DNA of 64,000 bases from Promethearchaeota archaeon Loki_b32 (GTDB lineage Archaea > Asgardarchaeota > Lokiarchaeia > Sigyniarchaeales > SOKP01). Position numbers and translations under genes: made by a program. The stretch lies in assembly GCA_005223125.1 (NCBI GenBank), contig NJBH01000004.1, positions 127,401-191,400 of the forward strand, given 5' to 3'. Shown here one piece after another: positions 54,739 to 64,000 of this stretch (position 1 is the stretch's first letter; each line of letters opens with the position of its first letter). A model generated the notes under the pieces. It was not told the origin of the DNA and did not search any database. It saw only the letters and a list, made by a program, of their open reading frames with translations.

Positions 54739-56016
54739 TTATTCAAATTTAGCACCACACGTTGAACAGTTCTCAACTAGAGCTCCACATGTTGCCCCAC
54801 AAATTTGACAGAATCTTATAGTTCCAGTTCTTCTTTTTTTTGGCGGCTTTAAAGTGGTAATCGATACAGATTTTTCTGGTAGTTCATTAACTTCTGGTAT
54901 TTCAGATATTACTTCTCTTTTCGAATTTCCGGTTTGAATTGTAATTTCCTTTCCAAAAAATCCTCCGACCCTTACTTTTTTTGTTTCTACAGCAGGAACT
55001 GGTTCTGATTCTTCTATGACTTCTTCTTGAATTTCAAGCTCTTCTATGATGGGCTCTGAAATAGGCTCACGCAAATCTACTTCAGGTAATTCTTCTTCTA
55101 AATCCTCTTCATAAACCATATTTACAAATTCTTCGTCCAATTTCAAAAGAGTTTGGCAGTTTAAACATCTAAAGATGTGTTTGAAACCAATATTTTTAGC
55201 AAGTGAATATTTTGCAGCACAACAGCTATGAAATTTAGTATTACAATTAAAACATTTATGTATTTCATCCGAATGAGCGTCACAAATAGGGCATAATTCT
55301 TGTTCACATATATTACACACTTCATTATCTTCGGGAGATAAACTGATGAGGTCTACTGCTAAGCATTCATAAAAAATTTGATCTTCTTTTAAAATCTGTT
55401 CAGATTCATCAGTTTTGATAATCTTAAATTCACTTTTGTTCTGAATTAATGAGCCTATAATATTTTGGAGAAGCTTTTCATTTGGACAATAAAATGTACC
55501 ACCATGGGTTTCACTTGAAATAACTTTAAGTTTAACGTCATCCTCATAAAACTTCTCCTCACCAACACGAATAATGTCTATAAATGCTGAAAATTTTTTG
55601 GCTTTAATTAATAGATCATAGAGGGCATTATAATAATCTTCAGATAATTTACTTGGAGTATCTGAAATTATTATTACTCGATAATTTTTTCTTGTTTCAC
55701 GACTTTTTCTAAAAATATATGCTAAAATCTCATATAATCCATTTTCTAAATAACTACGCTCATTTTCTCGTGTTTCCCATGTTTCATCTATTGTTTTCAA
55801 AATGCCTTCGGATTCTTTTAAATCATAAATATTAATGGGATTTTCATCTTTCTGAAATAATACAATTCCATATGAAGTTAAAGGATTAAATTTATCTTTC
55901 TCTTTAATAAAAGCACTTATAGCTTTCATTACAGTTTTTTTCTTAAGAAAATTAGAAACTAAATCTATGTAAAATATAAACTCTTCAGAATTTATTGTAT
56001 TTGATCTTGGTAACAT
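54739..56016 (-). CDS. vWA domain + PHD/RING-like finger + C-terminal zinc ribbon protein (paralog B)
   Basis: RVIIISD, IDIIRVG, SETHGGTFY; CxxC..CxxC..CxxCxxxxHxCC..CxxC; acidic linker; CQICG..CSTCG. Confidence 0.78.
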   Translation of the reverse strand: MLPRSNTINSEEFIFYIDLVSNFLKKKTVMKAISAFIKEKDKFNPLTSYGIVLFQKDENPINIYDLKESEGILKTIDETWETRENERSYLENGLYEILAYIFRKSRETRKNYRVIIISDTPSKLSEDYYNALYDLLIKAKKFSAFIDIIRVGEEKFYEDDVKLKVISSETHGGTFYCPNEKLLQNIIGSLIQNKSEFKIIKTDESEQILKEDQIFYECLAVDLISLSPEDNEVCNICEQELCPICDAHSDEIHKCFNCNTKFHSCCAAKYSLAKNIGFKHIFRCLNCQTLLKLDEEFVNMVYEEDLEEELPEVDLREPISEPIIEELEIQEEVIEESEPVPAVETKKVRVGGFFGKEITIQTGNSKREVISEIPEVNELPEKSVSITTLKPPKKRRTGTIRFCQICGATCGALVENCSTCGAKFE

Positions 56017-56490
56017 TTTAGCACCAATCGTAAAGCTTTAAAAAAATAATAATAGAAGTATTATAAACCAAATTAAATAATATTATTTTATTTCTAATCT
56101 AATTTTATTATAATTTTAATGTATTATGAATTTTTAAATTTTGATAATCACTAAAACATACTTTTTCTTTGAGATAATCAATTTTTTATTGTTAAAAAAT
56201 TATGATTCCTAAATTATTATTTTTTCAAATCCACTAATGCAATAAAAGAGTTTTGAATTTACATATTCAAAATTATTAGATTTAATCTTGGGCTCAAATA
56301 TGGATAAAAATTAGAATTCTATGATTTTATGGTATTTTTGCTTTAGAATATATTTTATAAATTTGGTTTTTATAAATATTATCCAACAATTTCGCCATAA
56401 TCTTAAGGAATTTAATAGATTTCTTTTAATATATTTTTATTAAAAGATTATAATATAAAAGTATTATAAAACTCATTTTATATCTTAATC

Positions 56491-57816
56491 TTATAATCTA
56501 GATCCACAGTTGTTGCATTTGATTTGTTGAGGATCATTTTGCCTCCCACATTGAGGACATATAAGAAAAGTTGGTTTCTTTCTTGTTCCACTATTAGGTA
56601 AAACAGTTCTTTCTTGTTGTATTACTTCTTTTTTTTCAGATTCTGATTTGAAGGTGGTTTCTGTTGTTCTTTCATATACTATCTTATCGCCAATCTTTTT
56701 AACTATATATGCTTTTCCAAAAAATCCACCAATTCTGATAGTTTTAATTGGTTCTCCTTCTGAGATACTTTCTGATTCTTCTGAAAGAGGTTCAACTTTT
56801 TCTTCCATTTCTGTTGAAAAAGCAGGTGGTTCTTTATCAAGGATTAATTCTGGTATATCTTCAAGTACTTCTTTTTCCATATATTCTTTCACTGTACTTA
56901 CTTCCACTTCCCCATATACTTCAATGATCTCATCTTCATCAATTTTTAAAAGCACATCGCAAGATTTATTAGGACACCGAAAGATGTTAGGTATACCAAT
57001 GTTATGGTTTATAACATGATTTGTAATACAACAATTATGAAAGCTTGTATTACAATCTTCACAAATCGAGGGGACATCATGGACACTAGCACAAACAGGA
57101 CAAATTTCTTCATTGCAAAAATGACAAACCAAATTCATTTCATCAGATTTTTTCAAAGATTTAGCTAAATGATTATAAAAGGCATAATCCTCTGTACTAA
57201 TTGTAATGCGTTCCGGGGAATCCACAAAAGTAGTTGCAAATTGTTTAGTTTTAACTAGCTTTTTAATTGTATCGGTGAATTCTTTTTTATCCTTAATATA
57301 AAATATCCCCCCCTTCGTATCCGATGCTAACATATTTAATTTTACATCGTCACTAAAAAAACGCTCGTCTTTTTCCGATACTCTGATAATATCTATAAAA
57401 GTTGGAAAATTTTTAATTACTGAGACCAAGTTGAACAATGCTTCTTGATAATCATCAGATAAATCAGAAGGGGTATCTGTAATAACTATAATTCTATTAA
57501 ATTTGGATTTTTTTCTCACTGTTTCTGCGATATAAGAAAAGATGTAAAATAATCCATTTTCAAAAAAGCTTTGTTCCTTAGGGCGAGTTTTCCAATTTTC
57601 TTCGATTGAGTTTGTGATTATTTTAGAATCCTTTTTATCAGTTATAAAGATTGGATTTCCTTCTTCTTGGAAAATAAGAAGAGAATAACGACCTTTTAAG
57701 TTTGCTTTATTTTTTTCCTCAATATAATATTTAATTACTTTGATAATATCCTTTTTTTTTAATAAATCCTTAGTTAGATCTAAGTAAAAGCATACATCTT
57801 CATTCATTTTTTCCAC
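56491..57816 (-). CDS. vWA domain + PHD/RING-like finger + C-terminal zinc ribbon protein (paralog A)
   Basis: Same architecture; shares ENGL, DTPS.LS.DY, DDVKL, IFRC and GGFFGK with 54739-56016. Confidence 0.78.
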   Translation of the reverse strand: MEKMNEDVCFYLDLTKDLLKKKDIIKVIKYYIEEKNKANLKGRYSLLIFQEEGNPIFITDKKDSKIITNSIEENWKTRPKEQSFFENGLFYIFSYIAETVRKKSKFNRIIVITDTPSDLSDDYQEALFNLVSVIKNFPTFIDIIRVSEKDERFFSDDVKLNMLASDTKGGIFYIKDKKEFTDTIKKLVKTKQFATTFVDSPERITISTEDYAFYNHLAKSLKKSDEMNLVCHFCNEEICPVCASVHDVPSICEDCNTSFHNCCITNHVINHNIGIPNIFRCPNKSCDVLLKIDEDEIIEVYGEVEVSTVKEYMEKEVLEDIPELILDKEPPAFSTEMEEKVEPLSEESESISEGEPIKTIRIGGFFGKAYIVKKIGDKIVYERTTETTFKSESEKKEVIQQERTVLPNSGTRKKPTFLICPQCGRQNDPQQIKCNNCGSRL

Positions 57817-58008
57817 ATCTTTCTATTCAAGTTCGAACAGTATCTCTATTAGTATTAATAATCATAATGATAAAACCTCCTTAAATATTTATTAGTATCG
57901 AAAATTTTTAGAAAAGATAGAAGAAATAAATATAAATAAAAATACATATGATTTTATAATTCATATAAATTAGGCACAATAAAGTGAAATAAATAGGTGG
58001 AAGATTAG

Positions 58009-60021
58009 ATGGATGACTTTTTAAGAAAGATACAGCTTTCTGAATACGCAATAGAGATTTATCTCAAATCACTTGGTAAATTTCCTCTTACTTATTATGA
58101 ATTATACACATTAGTTCCTAAGGCATCTCCGGAGGAATTCAATGAAGGTTTAGGTGAGTTGTTAGGTGCTGGTTTACTTCTTCAACAAAATTCGAAAAAG
58201 AAAGAAGATATTACTCATTATTTATCTTTACCCCCAATTCTTCCAATTTTAAATTATTATGATAATATTAGTGCAAATTTAGATGATATTAAAAATTCAA
58301 TCCAAGAAATAATGATTAATTCAGTAAACAACGTTTTTCAAGAAAATAATACTATTGAATTGGATTCTATATTACAAAGTTTTCAAGAAATTAGAAAAGA
58401 TATTGAAGAGGATTCTATTATCCAAAAACAGGAAGTAGAAGATATTGTTAAGAGTATGGAAGAATTAAACAATGTTAAGCAAAAATTATCTGTTCTTCAC
58501 CAAAAAATTATAAGTATCACGCAAACTAATTTTGCGGATTTAATTAAAACAATAAATACTCTTAAAACCAATATAGTAGAATCTATAAATTCTTTGGAAT
58601 TCAAAAAACATAAAGAAGAAATTATCTCTCTTATCGAACAGATTTTCAAAGAGAAATTAGATAGTATGGTTGGAGATTTTCTTGATAACTTGCATGAATT
58701 AGTTGAGAAGGAGTTTGAAGAAACAGGAAAACCGGTGGAAAATTCAGCGGATTTAATAATTCAATACCAAAATGACTTTAAAATGCTTTTATTAAACATG
58801 TTGAGTAATTTTGAAACTAAAATGAATAAAATCTATGATTTACTCAAAGAAAATCAAGAAGATCTATTTGCTCGGATGAAAAACTTAGAAATAAAAATCG
58901 CAGAGAATTTAAATAGCATTATCCAGAATTCCATAGATGAAGTTTCAAATTTGAATAATCCCCCTGTAAACTTAATGAAAAAGTACTTTCAAGAGATAAG
59001 AACGATTGATAAACCTTTATTTAATAATATTTGGGTTATAAATAGTGTAACCAAGATTAATGAAATGATTCAACAACTCATTACAAATTCTCAAGAAAGT
59101 GTAACTATTATTATTCCTTTTCTTGAAAACCATTTAGCACTTGAACAATTTGAAGAAATCGCTGCTAATTTAAAGATTAAAATAGCGTCTTCAGAAGCTC
59201 ATACTAATAGTATGGTTAAAAGTTTTAAAGACATTAAGAATATTATATATAGGAATTATCAAAATGAAAATATGGTTGCTTTAAAGGGAGATAATGGTGT
59301 ATTATTTTTTGGAGTAATTCAAGATTCGAAAAATCCTTTAGATGATTTTATTGGAATAGGAACAAGTTATGCACCTTTAATTACTTTATTAAATCCTTTA
59401 ATTCAAAACATATGGGAAAAAGCTTATTCGGATACTTTTCATGGTACACAAAAGGCGCAAACACAACCTAGTAAGACCTCTACAACAACTTCAAAAGTAC
59501 TCACAACTGCTAAACCTATAATATCACCTAAAATTGAATCGAAAAAAGCAGCTAAAAAATCTGTAAAAACAGAAATTAAAGAACCTAAACCAATTATTAC
59601 TATACCAGGTCAAATTCAAGAAATTCCTAAAAACGATATAAGATCTACTAAAAGTCAAACAAAGAAAGCGCCAAGTCCTACTACAGCTAAACCCCAAATT
59701 ACAGATTTAAAGCAAAAATTACAAGAAACAATTGATTTTATATCTGTAGCTCAACCTAAAGCTGGTGATGAAGCAGGTATACAAATAAACACTGCCTTTA
59801 CTAATTTAATTAATAAATTGGATAATATTAAAGGGGATGAATTTGGAAAGATACTACAAGATATTGCTGATTTAATTCTAGAGAAAAAAGGGTTTTCGGT
59901 AACCTTACATAAAGTAAGAAGTACCATAAACAAGTATAAGGAAAAACTTTCTTTATTAGATGAAAGTGATAAAAGAGAAATTTTTGAAAATATTCAAAGT
60001 TGGAAAAAAAAAATATTTTAA
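58009..60021 (+). CDS. TrmB-like wHTH + long coiled coil + PLD-like domain protein
   Basis: LSEYAIEIYL N-terminus, heptad-rich middle, IWVINS..INEMIQQLI...QESVTIIIP, S/T/K/P linker. Confidence 0.6.
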   Translation: MDDFLRKIQLSEYAIEIYLKSLGKFPLTYYELYTLVPKASPEEFNEGLGELLGAGLLLQQNSKKKEDITHYLSLPPILPILNYYDNISANLDDIKNSIQEIMINSVNNVFQENNTIELDSILQSFQEIRKDIEEDSIIQKQEVEDIVKSMEELNNVKQKLSVLHQKIISITQTNFADLIKTINTLKTNIVESINSLEFKKHKEEIISLIEQIFKEKLDSMVGDFLDNLHELVEKEFEETGKPVENSADLIIQYQNDFKMLLLNMLSNFETKMNKIYDLLKENQEDLFARMKNLEIKIAENLNSIIQNSIDEVSNLNNPPVNLMKKYFQEIRTIDKPLFNNIWVINSVTKINEMIQQLITNSQESVTIIIPFLENHLALEQFEEIAANLKIKIASSEAHTNSMVKSFKDIKNIIYRNYQNENMVALKGDNGVLFFGVIQDSKNPLDDFIGIGTSYAPLITLLNPLIQNIWEKAYSDTFHGTQKAQTQPSKTSTTTSKVLTTAKPIISPKIESKKAAKKSVKTEIKEPKPIITIPGQIQEIPKNDIRSTKSQTKKAPSPTTAKPQITDLKQKLQETIDFISVAQPKAGDEAGIQINTAFTNLINKLDNIKGDEFGKILQDIADLILEKKGFSVTLHKVRSTINKYKEKLSLLDESDKREIFENIQSWKKKIF

Positions 60022-60043
60022 CACTTCTTTTGTAATTATTTGC

Positions 60044-60826
60044 TTATTGAGAAGGATTTGTTGTCTTTCTTCTCTTAATAAAAAATAGAATAAATCCCCG
60101 GGTGATCCATGTTAATCCAAATACAAAAAATCCTAAAAAGAATATAGATATTGTAACTGATATTATAAAATTGGGTGAGGTTAAACCAATAATTCCGAAA
60201 ATAGGACAAAGTGGACCAAGAACAACAACAAGTAAATAAGTACTTTTATCTTTTTCATCAACTTGAATATAAGCGGTGATATTAAACCAACCGATAAGGA
60301 TCAAAAATATCGGTAGTAGATAAGATGAAATCTCAAGGAAGGGGTATGTATTGCCTCCTAACGCGAATGCATAGAAATAATTTATATAGAAATAGAAAAT
60401 GAGTAATAAAGCGCTTATTGGAGTTGGTACTCCAGTATATCCTGAACCTTTTAAGATATTAAAACGTGCTAACCTGAGCATTGCTCCAATAACAAAACTA
60501 ATTGCTCCTATTATAATAAAAAGGTCAAATAGAGTCCCTGTTTTAAAAGATTGGTATGTTAAAATCGCTGGTACTATTCCAAAAGTTAATGAATCGCTTA
60601 AAGAATCTAATTCTCTACCCATATCATTCACAGTTTTAGTCTTTCGTGCAATATATCCGTCTATCAAGTCAGTACCAAGGCTGATTGTTATTAAAAAAAA
60701 TCCTAAAGAAAGAAATTCACGACTTCCAATACACGCACATATTAAAGCAACTAAGCCCAAACTCGTTCCTAGGAGAGTTATATAATCTTTGTGTTTCAAT
60801 AATTTTGGAATACTGATGTCTGACAT
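60044..60826 (-). CDS. pssA: CDP-alcohol phosphatidyltransferase (archaetidylserine synthase-like)
   Basis: DLIDGYIAR...GRELDSLSD, RLARFN, GVPTP. Confidence 0.85.
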   Translation of the reverse strand: MSDISIPKLLKHKDYITLLGTSLGLVALICACIGSREFLSLGFFLITISLGTDLIDGYIARKTKTVNDMGRELDSLSDSLTFGIVPAILTYQSFKTGTLFDLFIIIGAISFVIGAMLRLARFNILKGSGYTGVPTPISALLLIFYFYINYFYAFALGGNTYPFLEISSYLLPIFLILIGWFNITAYIQVDEKDKSTYLLVVVLGPLCPIFGIIGLTSPNFIISVTISIFFLGFFVFGLTWITRGFILFFIKRRKTTNPSQ

Positions 60827-60984
60827 GCTAATTTTCTAATTTTTTTATATTAATAATAATTAAGCCTAATAGAATTAAAACATTTTCATGGCGATATAAT
60901 AACCATATATAATCTACCCTAAACTTTATTAAATCATATTATTATTCATAGCATAACTAAATTAAAAAAAATAAGGAAAAAATA

Positions 60985-61725
60985 ATGACGTTTTGCAAAG
61001 AATGTGGAGAAGAGATAAAAGATCTCACCCAAAATTTCTGTGAAAAGTGTGGTTCATCAATACCTGATAGTGTAAAACAGAGTGAAACCGTTTCTAAGAC
61101 AATAACAGCACCAGCAAGACCATCAGGTCAACAATCCTATTATCAACCTGGGAGTTTGTTTGATATTAACCGCAACTACTACATCCTTAAAGAGAAATAC
61201 TGGGATATTTAGAAGGTCCTCCCTTTTAAACTCAAATGGGGTAGTGGGGATATATTGGACGAGAAAAACCAAATTATTGGAAGAATGAAAAGGGTGATCT
61301 TGAGCATTAGACGAAGAGTTGAGTTGCAAGAAGTTGATGGTACTATTGCGGCTACAATCCACGCTAAAATTGTGTCTGCACGTGGAGCGCAAGATTTAAA
61401 AGATCCTCAGGGAAATTTAATTGCTCGAATTAAGAAGAAAATTCTGTCATTTTTCAGACCTGTATTTTACCTTGAAGATCCTGAAGGAAATCAATGGTTC
61501 CGTGCCCAAGGTAAGTTTATGGGGTTTCAATTTAAGGTCTATGACGTTACAACAGGCAATGTCATCGCAGAAATTGAAAAAGCTGATAGATGGAGAGATT
61601 TATTCTTAGGTGGATTGCTTGACTTTAAGGACACTTATGCTTTAAGAATACTTGATAATGAAACCGACAGGAGAATCCTTCTAGGTTTTGTCTTGTCAAT
61701 AGACAATGTCCTTCACGACTACTAA
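60985..61725 (+). CDS. zinc-ribbon + LURP-one/scramblase (Tubby C-like) protein, join(60985..61206,61237..61725), 236 aa
   Basis: ORFs 60985-61212 and 61255-61725 share a frame; splicing gives YILKEKYWDWGSGDILDEKNQIIG; repeats such as ARIKKKILSF and DTYALRI are typical of the family. Confidence 0.85.
61207..61236 (+). other. putative BHB mRNA intron (30 nt)
   Basis: TGGG AT^A TTTAGAAGG tcctc CCTTTTAAA CTCA AA^T: 4-bp helix, two 3-nt bulges, 9-bp intron stem; contains the in-frame TAG. Confidence 0.85.
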
Positions 61726-62034
61726 TTTAATAATATAACCTTTAAGAGTATGATATGAAATACTATCTCCCATTTCTTTTCCCTCATCTTAAAGACGTAA
61801 TAGAACAAAAATTACAGGAACTTTATAAATAAATTAATCTCTTTTTTTTTCCTTATTTTTTCCTTGATTTAACTCAATCTGATGTGAAGAATTGTGCGCG
61901 CAATCGATGTCTTAGGTTAACTTTTTAACATGTAAACGGTTTTGGAGCGATGAATTTAAATATAATCTTAGTTACTTTTTTTAATATCTACATAATCCAA
62001 ATCAATAAAAAAAAACAATAAGGAAGTGATCTAA

Positions 62035-62766
62035 ATGGTTAAAAATATAATAAAGTTAGTAATTGATGGAGAAGAACATTCTTTTTCAGAAGATCATAAG
62101 AATTTTATAGGACCAAAGAAGAAATATACAATTAAAGAATTTCAAGAAGAAAAGTTAAAAAGTATAAAAAATTTTGTAGCACTTAGGGAAGGAACTGTTT
62201 TTGGTTTTTCTGATGAGGAAGAATTTGATAAATGGTTAGTCAAAAAAAATTTATATGAAGAGCATAATAAACATAAAAAACGTCTGAAGAAAGTTCTTGA
62301 GACTAAAAGACCTTCTGAAGAATGGGAGAAAATTAACCAGAACCTAATAAAAGAAGAAAAAAAAGCCACTACTAGATTCAAAAATTTCTTAAAGAAACAT
62401 AATCTTGAGCCAGGTCAACATGAATTAATAAGAGAGAAGATAAAAGAAGATTTTGATCCATATTTACCACCAAAACTAAATACCATGTATCTCTATGAAC
62501 ATATATTTTACGGTGGTAGTTTTATATCCCTAAAAGGGGGCTACATTTATTGTGGTAAGAATTATCCAAAATATTATCCAGATCTTCGTAATTTCAATTT
62601 TAATGACAAGACATCTTCAGTAGATTTTAATTGCGGAAGCCGGGCTTATGTTTATGAGCATATAAACTTTGGAGGAAACTCAGTGTGGCTTTGGGGTCCC
62701 TATTATCCCTTTTTATTATTCGTTGGCCTTGATAATAAAATATCTTCAGCAGTAGTTTACGGTTAA
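62035..62766 (+). CDS. protein with C-terminal beta/gamma-crystallin domain
   Basis: LYEHIFYGG...FNDKTSS and VYEHINFGG...DNKISS Greek-key motifs. Confidence 0.8.
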   Translation: MVKNIIKLVIDGEEHSFSEDHKNFIGPKKKYTIKEFQEEKLKSIKNFVALREGTVFGFSDEEEFDKWLVKKNLYEEHNKHKKRLKKVLETKRPSEEWEKINQNLIKEEKKATTRFKNFLKKHNLEPGQHELIREKIKEDFDPYLPPKLNTMYLYEHIFYGGSFISLKGGYIYCGKNYPKYYPDLRNFNFNDKTSSVDFNCGSRAYVYEHINFGGNSVWLWGPYYPFLLFVGLDNKISSAVVYG

Positions 62767-62987
62767 TTAATAAAAATTCTAGATCTTTTATCCTTCATTT
62801 TTTTTTATGATTAGCCTTTTGTCATTTATTTGATTTGCTATTAGAAGCATAATCATATCTAAATGCTTTACTTACATCAAGCTTAATTGCTTGGTGCTCA
62901 AAAATAATTGCATTATGCTTGTTATTTAGTTCTCTATAAATCTCTCCTAATTTTATTAAAATTTTAGTATCAATAGAATTTAATAGA

Positions 62988-63122
62988 TATCTTATTGATT
63001 ATGTTAGTGGAGTGGAATTTAAAGCGACTCCAGAAGAGATAGAAGCTGTACAGCCCTTCTCAAAGAGATTGGTTGAAGAGTTAGACTATTCAAAAAGCCA
63101 AATTCAAACTCGACCTCAGTAC
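62988..63122 (+). pseudogene. N-terminal fragment of an HsdR_N-type / N-6 DNA methylase (restriction-modification) gene
   Basis: Startless YLIDYVSGVEFKATPEEIEAVQPFSKRLVEELDYSKSQIQTRPQY. Confidence 0.6.
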
Positions 63123-63781
63123 ATCGTTTTTAGTTCCTTTATCATGTATTTCAATGAGACCCTTATCTTCTAATTCTTTAAGTGAGTTTATCGGATTTTT
63201 TGGTATTAAACCTAATTTTTTATATCTCTCATGGAGTTTATCTCTTAATTTAATTTCATTAGGATTATCAAGATCATCAAATATTTCATAATAGGGTATT
63301 TCTTTTTCACTTAGCTCGATATCCCAATAACTCATTTCATTGGACACTAAATCCCATCTCTCAGGGGCTACCGCCAAACAAAACACCATCTCTCAAGCAT
63401 TTTTCCTTTTAAATTACGAAAATATTCATCTTGTTGAAGTTCCTCGAAATATTTAATCATAGATCTCCAGATTAACAAAACTGGAGATTTCATTGTCATT
63501 AAAAGGTAAATACCATGCATTCTTTCTGTATAATCTCTAAAATTTTTCAAATCGTTCAATTGTTCCTCAGTATATTCTTTCCCAGTATAGATTTTATCAA
63601 TTAATTCATGAGCAGGAAAGTAATTTAAGGATATAAAATAATTTAATAGAAAGGTGTTTATTTCAAGTGATCTTATTACTTCTAAACTGATAGTTGATTT
63701 AAGCCACTCAAAAAAATATGGATTTACTTCATCAGCAATATCTAAAAGACTTCTCTCCAAATCCGGATTTTTATCGCTCAA
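63090..63781 (-). pseudogene. hypothetical protein split by a 32-bp insertion
   Basis: Removing one CCATCTCTCA copy plus 22 bp fuses the two ORFs as ...KMLERWDLVSNEM... Confidence 0.75.
63354..63395. mobile_element. 22-bp element between 10-bp direct repeats (TSD-like footprint)
   Basis: CCATCTCTCA (63354-63363) GGGGCTACCGCCAAACAAAACA CCATCTCTCA (63386-63395). Confidence 0.65.
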
Positions 63782-64000
63782 AATTTATATGTTAAGTTAA
63801 ACTAAATTTTTAATTTTTAATAAGTGTCTTATACAATAAAACTACAGAATGTCCTAATATTAATTTTTTTTTTTTTTTTTTTCTCAAAAAATAACCACCC
63901 GACAAAAATAACTAGGCTCGTTAAGCTTAATAGAAAAATTTATCTTCGTTAAATCCTTATCTTATTTAATGCCAGCTAAATCTTATGAAATTAAAAAAAC

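Noticed and set aside
61210-61212. Pyrrolysine/amber readthrough as explanation for the in-frame TAG
   Set aside because: It would add 10 residues, no pyl genes are in the window, and the BHB fold explains the site exactly

Overview
Very AT-rich archaeal chromosomal window, most consistent with Lokiarchaeia (Asgard). Support for this: Loki-CTERM-type sorting tails, NosD/PPC surface proteins, Orc1/Cdc6, an archaeal RNase P RNA and GGTGA-type Shine-Dalgarno sites. It carries mainly housekeeping and metabolic genes (acyl-CoA mutase operon, grpE/dnaK/dnaJ, glnA, hppA, trxB pair, xerA, cdc6, tldD/pmbA, purA, pit, pssA) plus several decayed genes and mobile-element scars. The most striking signal is two protein-coding genes interrupted by tiny inserts that fold into bulge-helix-bulge (BHB)-type motifs, the substrate of the archaeal tRNA splicing endonuclease. 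One is a 30-nt insert in a zinc-ribbon/LURP-one (scramblase-like) gene (61207-61236). The other is a 32-nt insert in the catalytic WGDEGKGK P-loop of purA (47791-47822). In both, cutting at the positions predicted by the BHB rule restores the protein, which points to endonuclease-spliced mRNA introns in an Asgard archaeon. Other highlights: a tandem vWA + Zn-finger paralog pair resembling TFIIH p34/p44, an isobutyryl-CoA-mutase-type active site, a rubrerythrin and a TrxR paralog that have lost catalytic residues, a 32-bp insertion with 10-bp direct repeats, and a duplicated dnaJ upstream region. All protein assignments are from motif recognition by eye; no database search was run.
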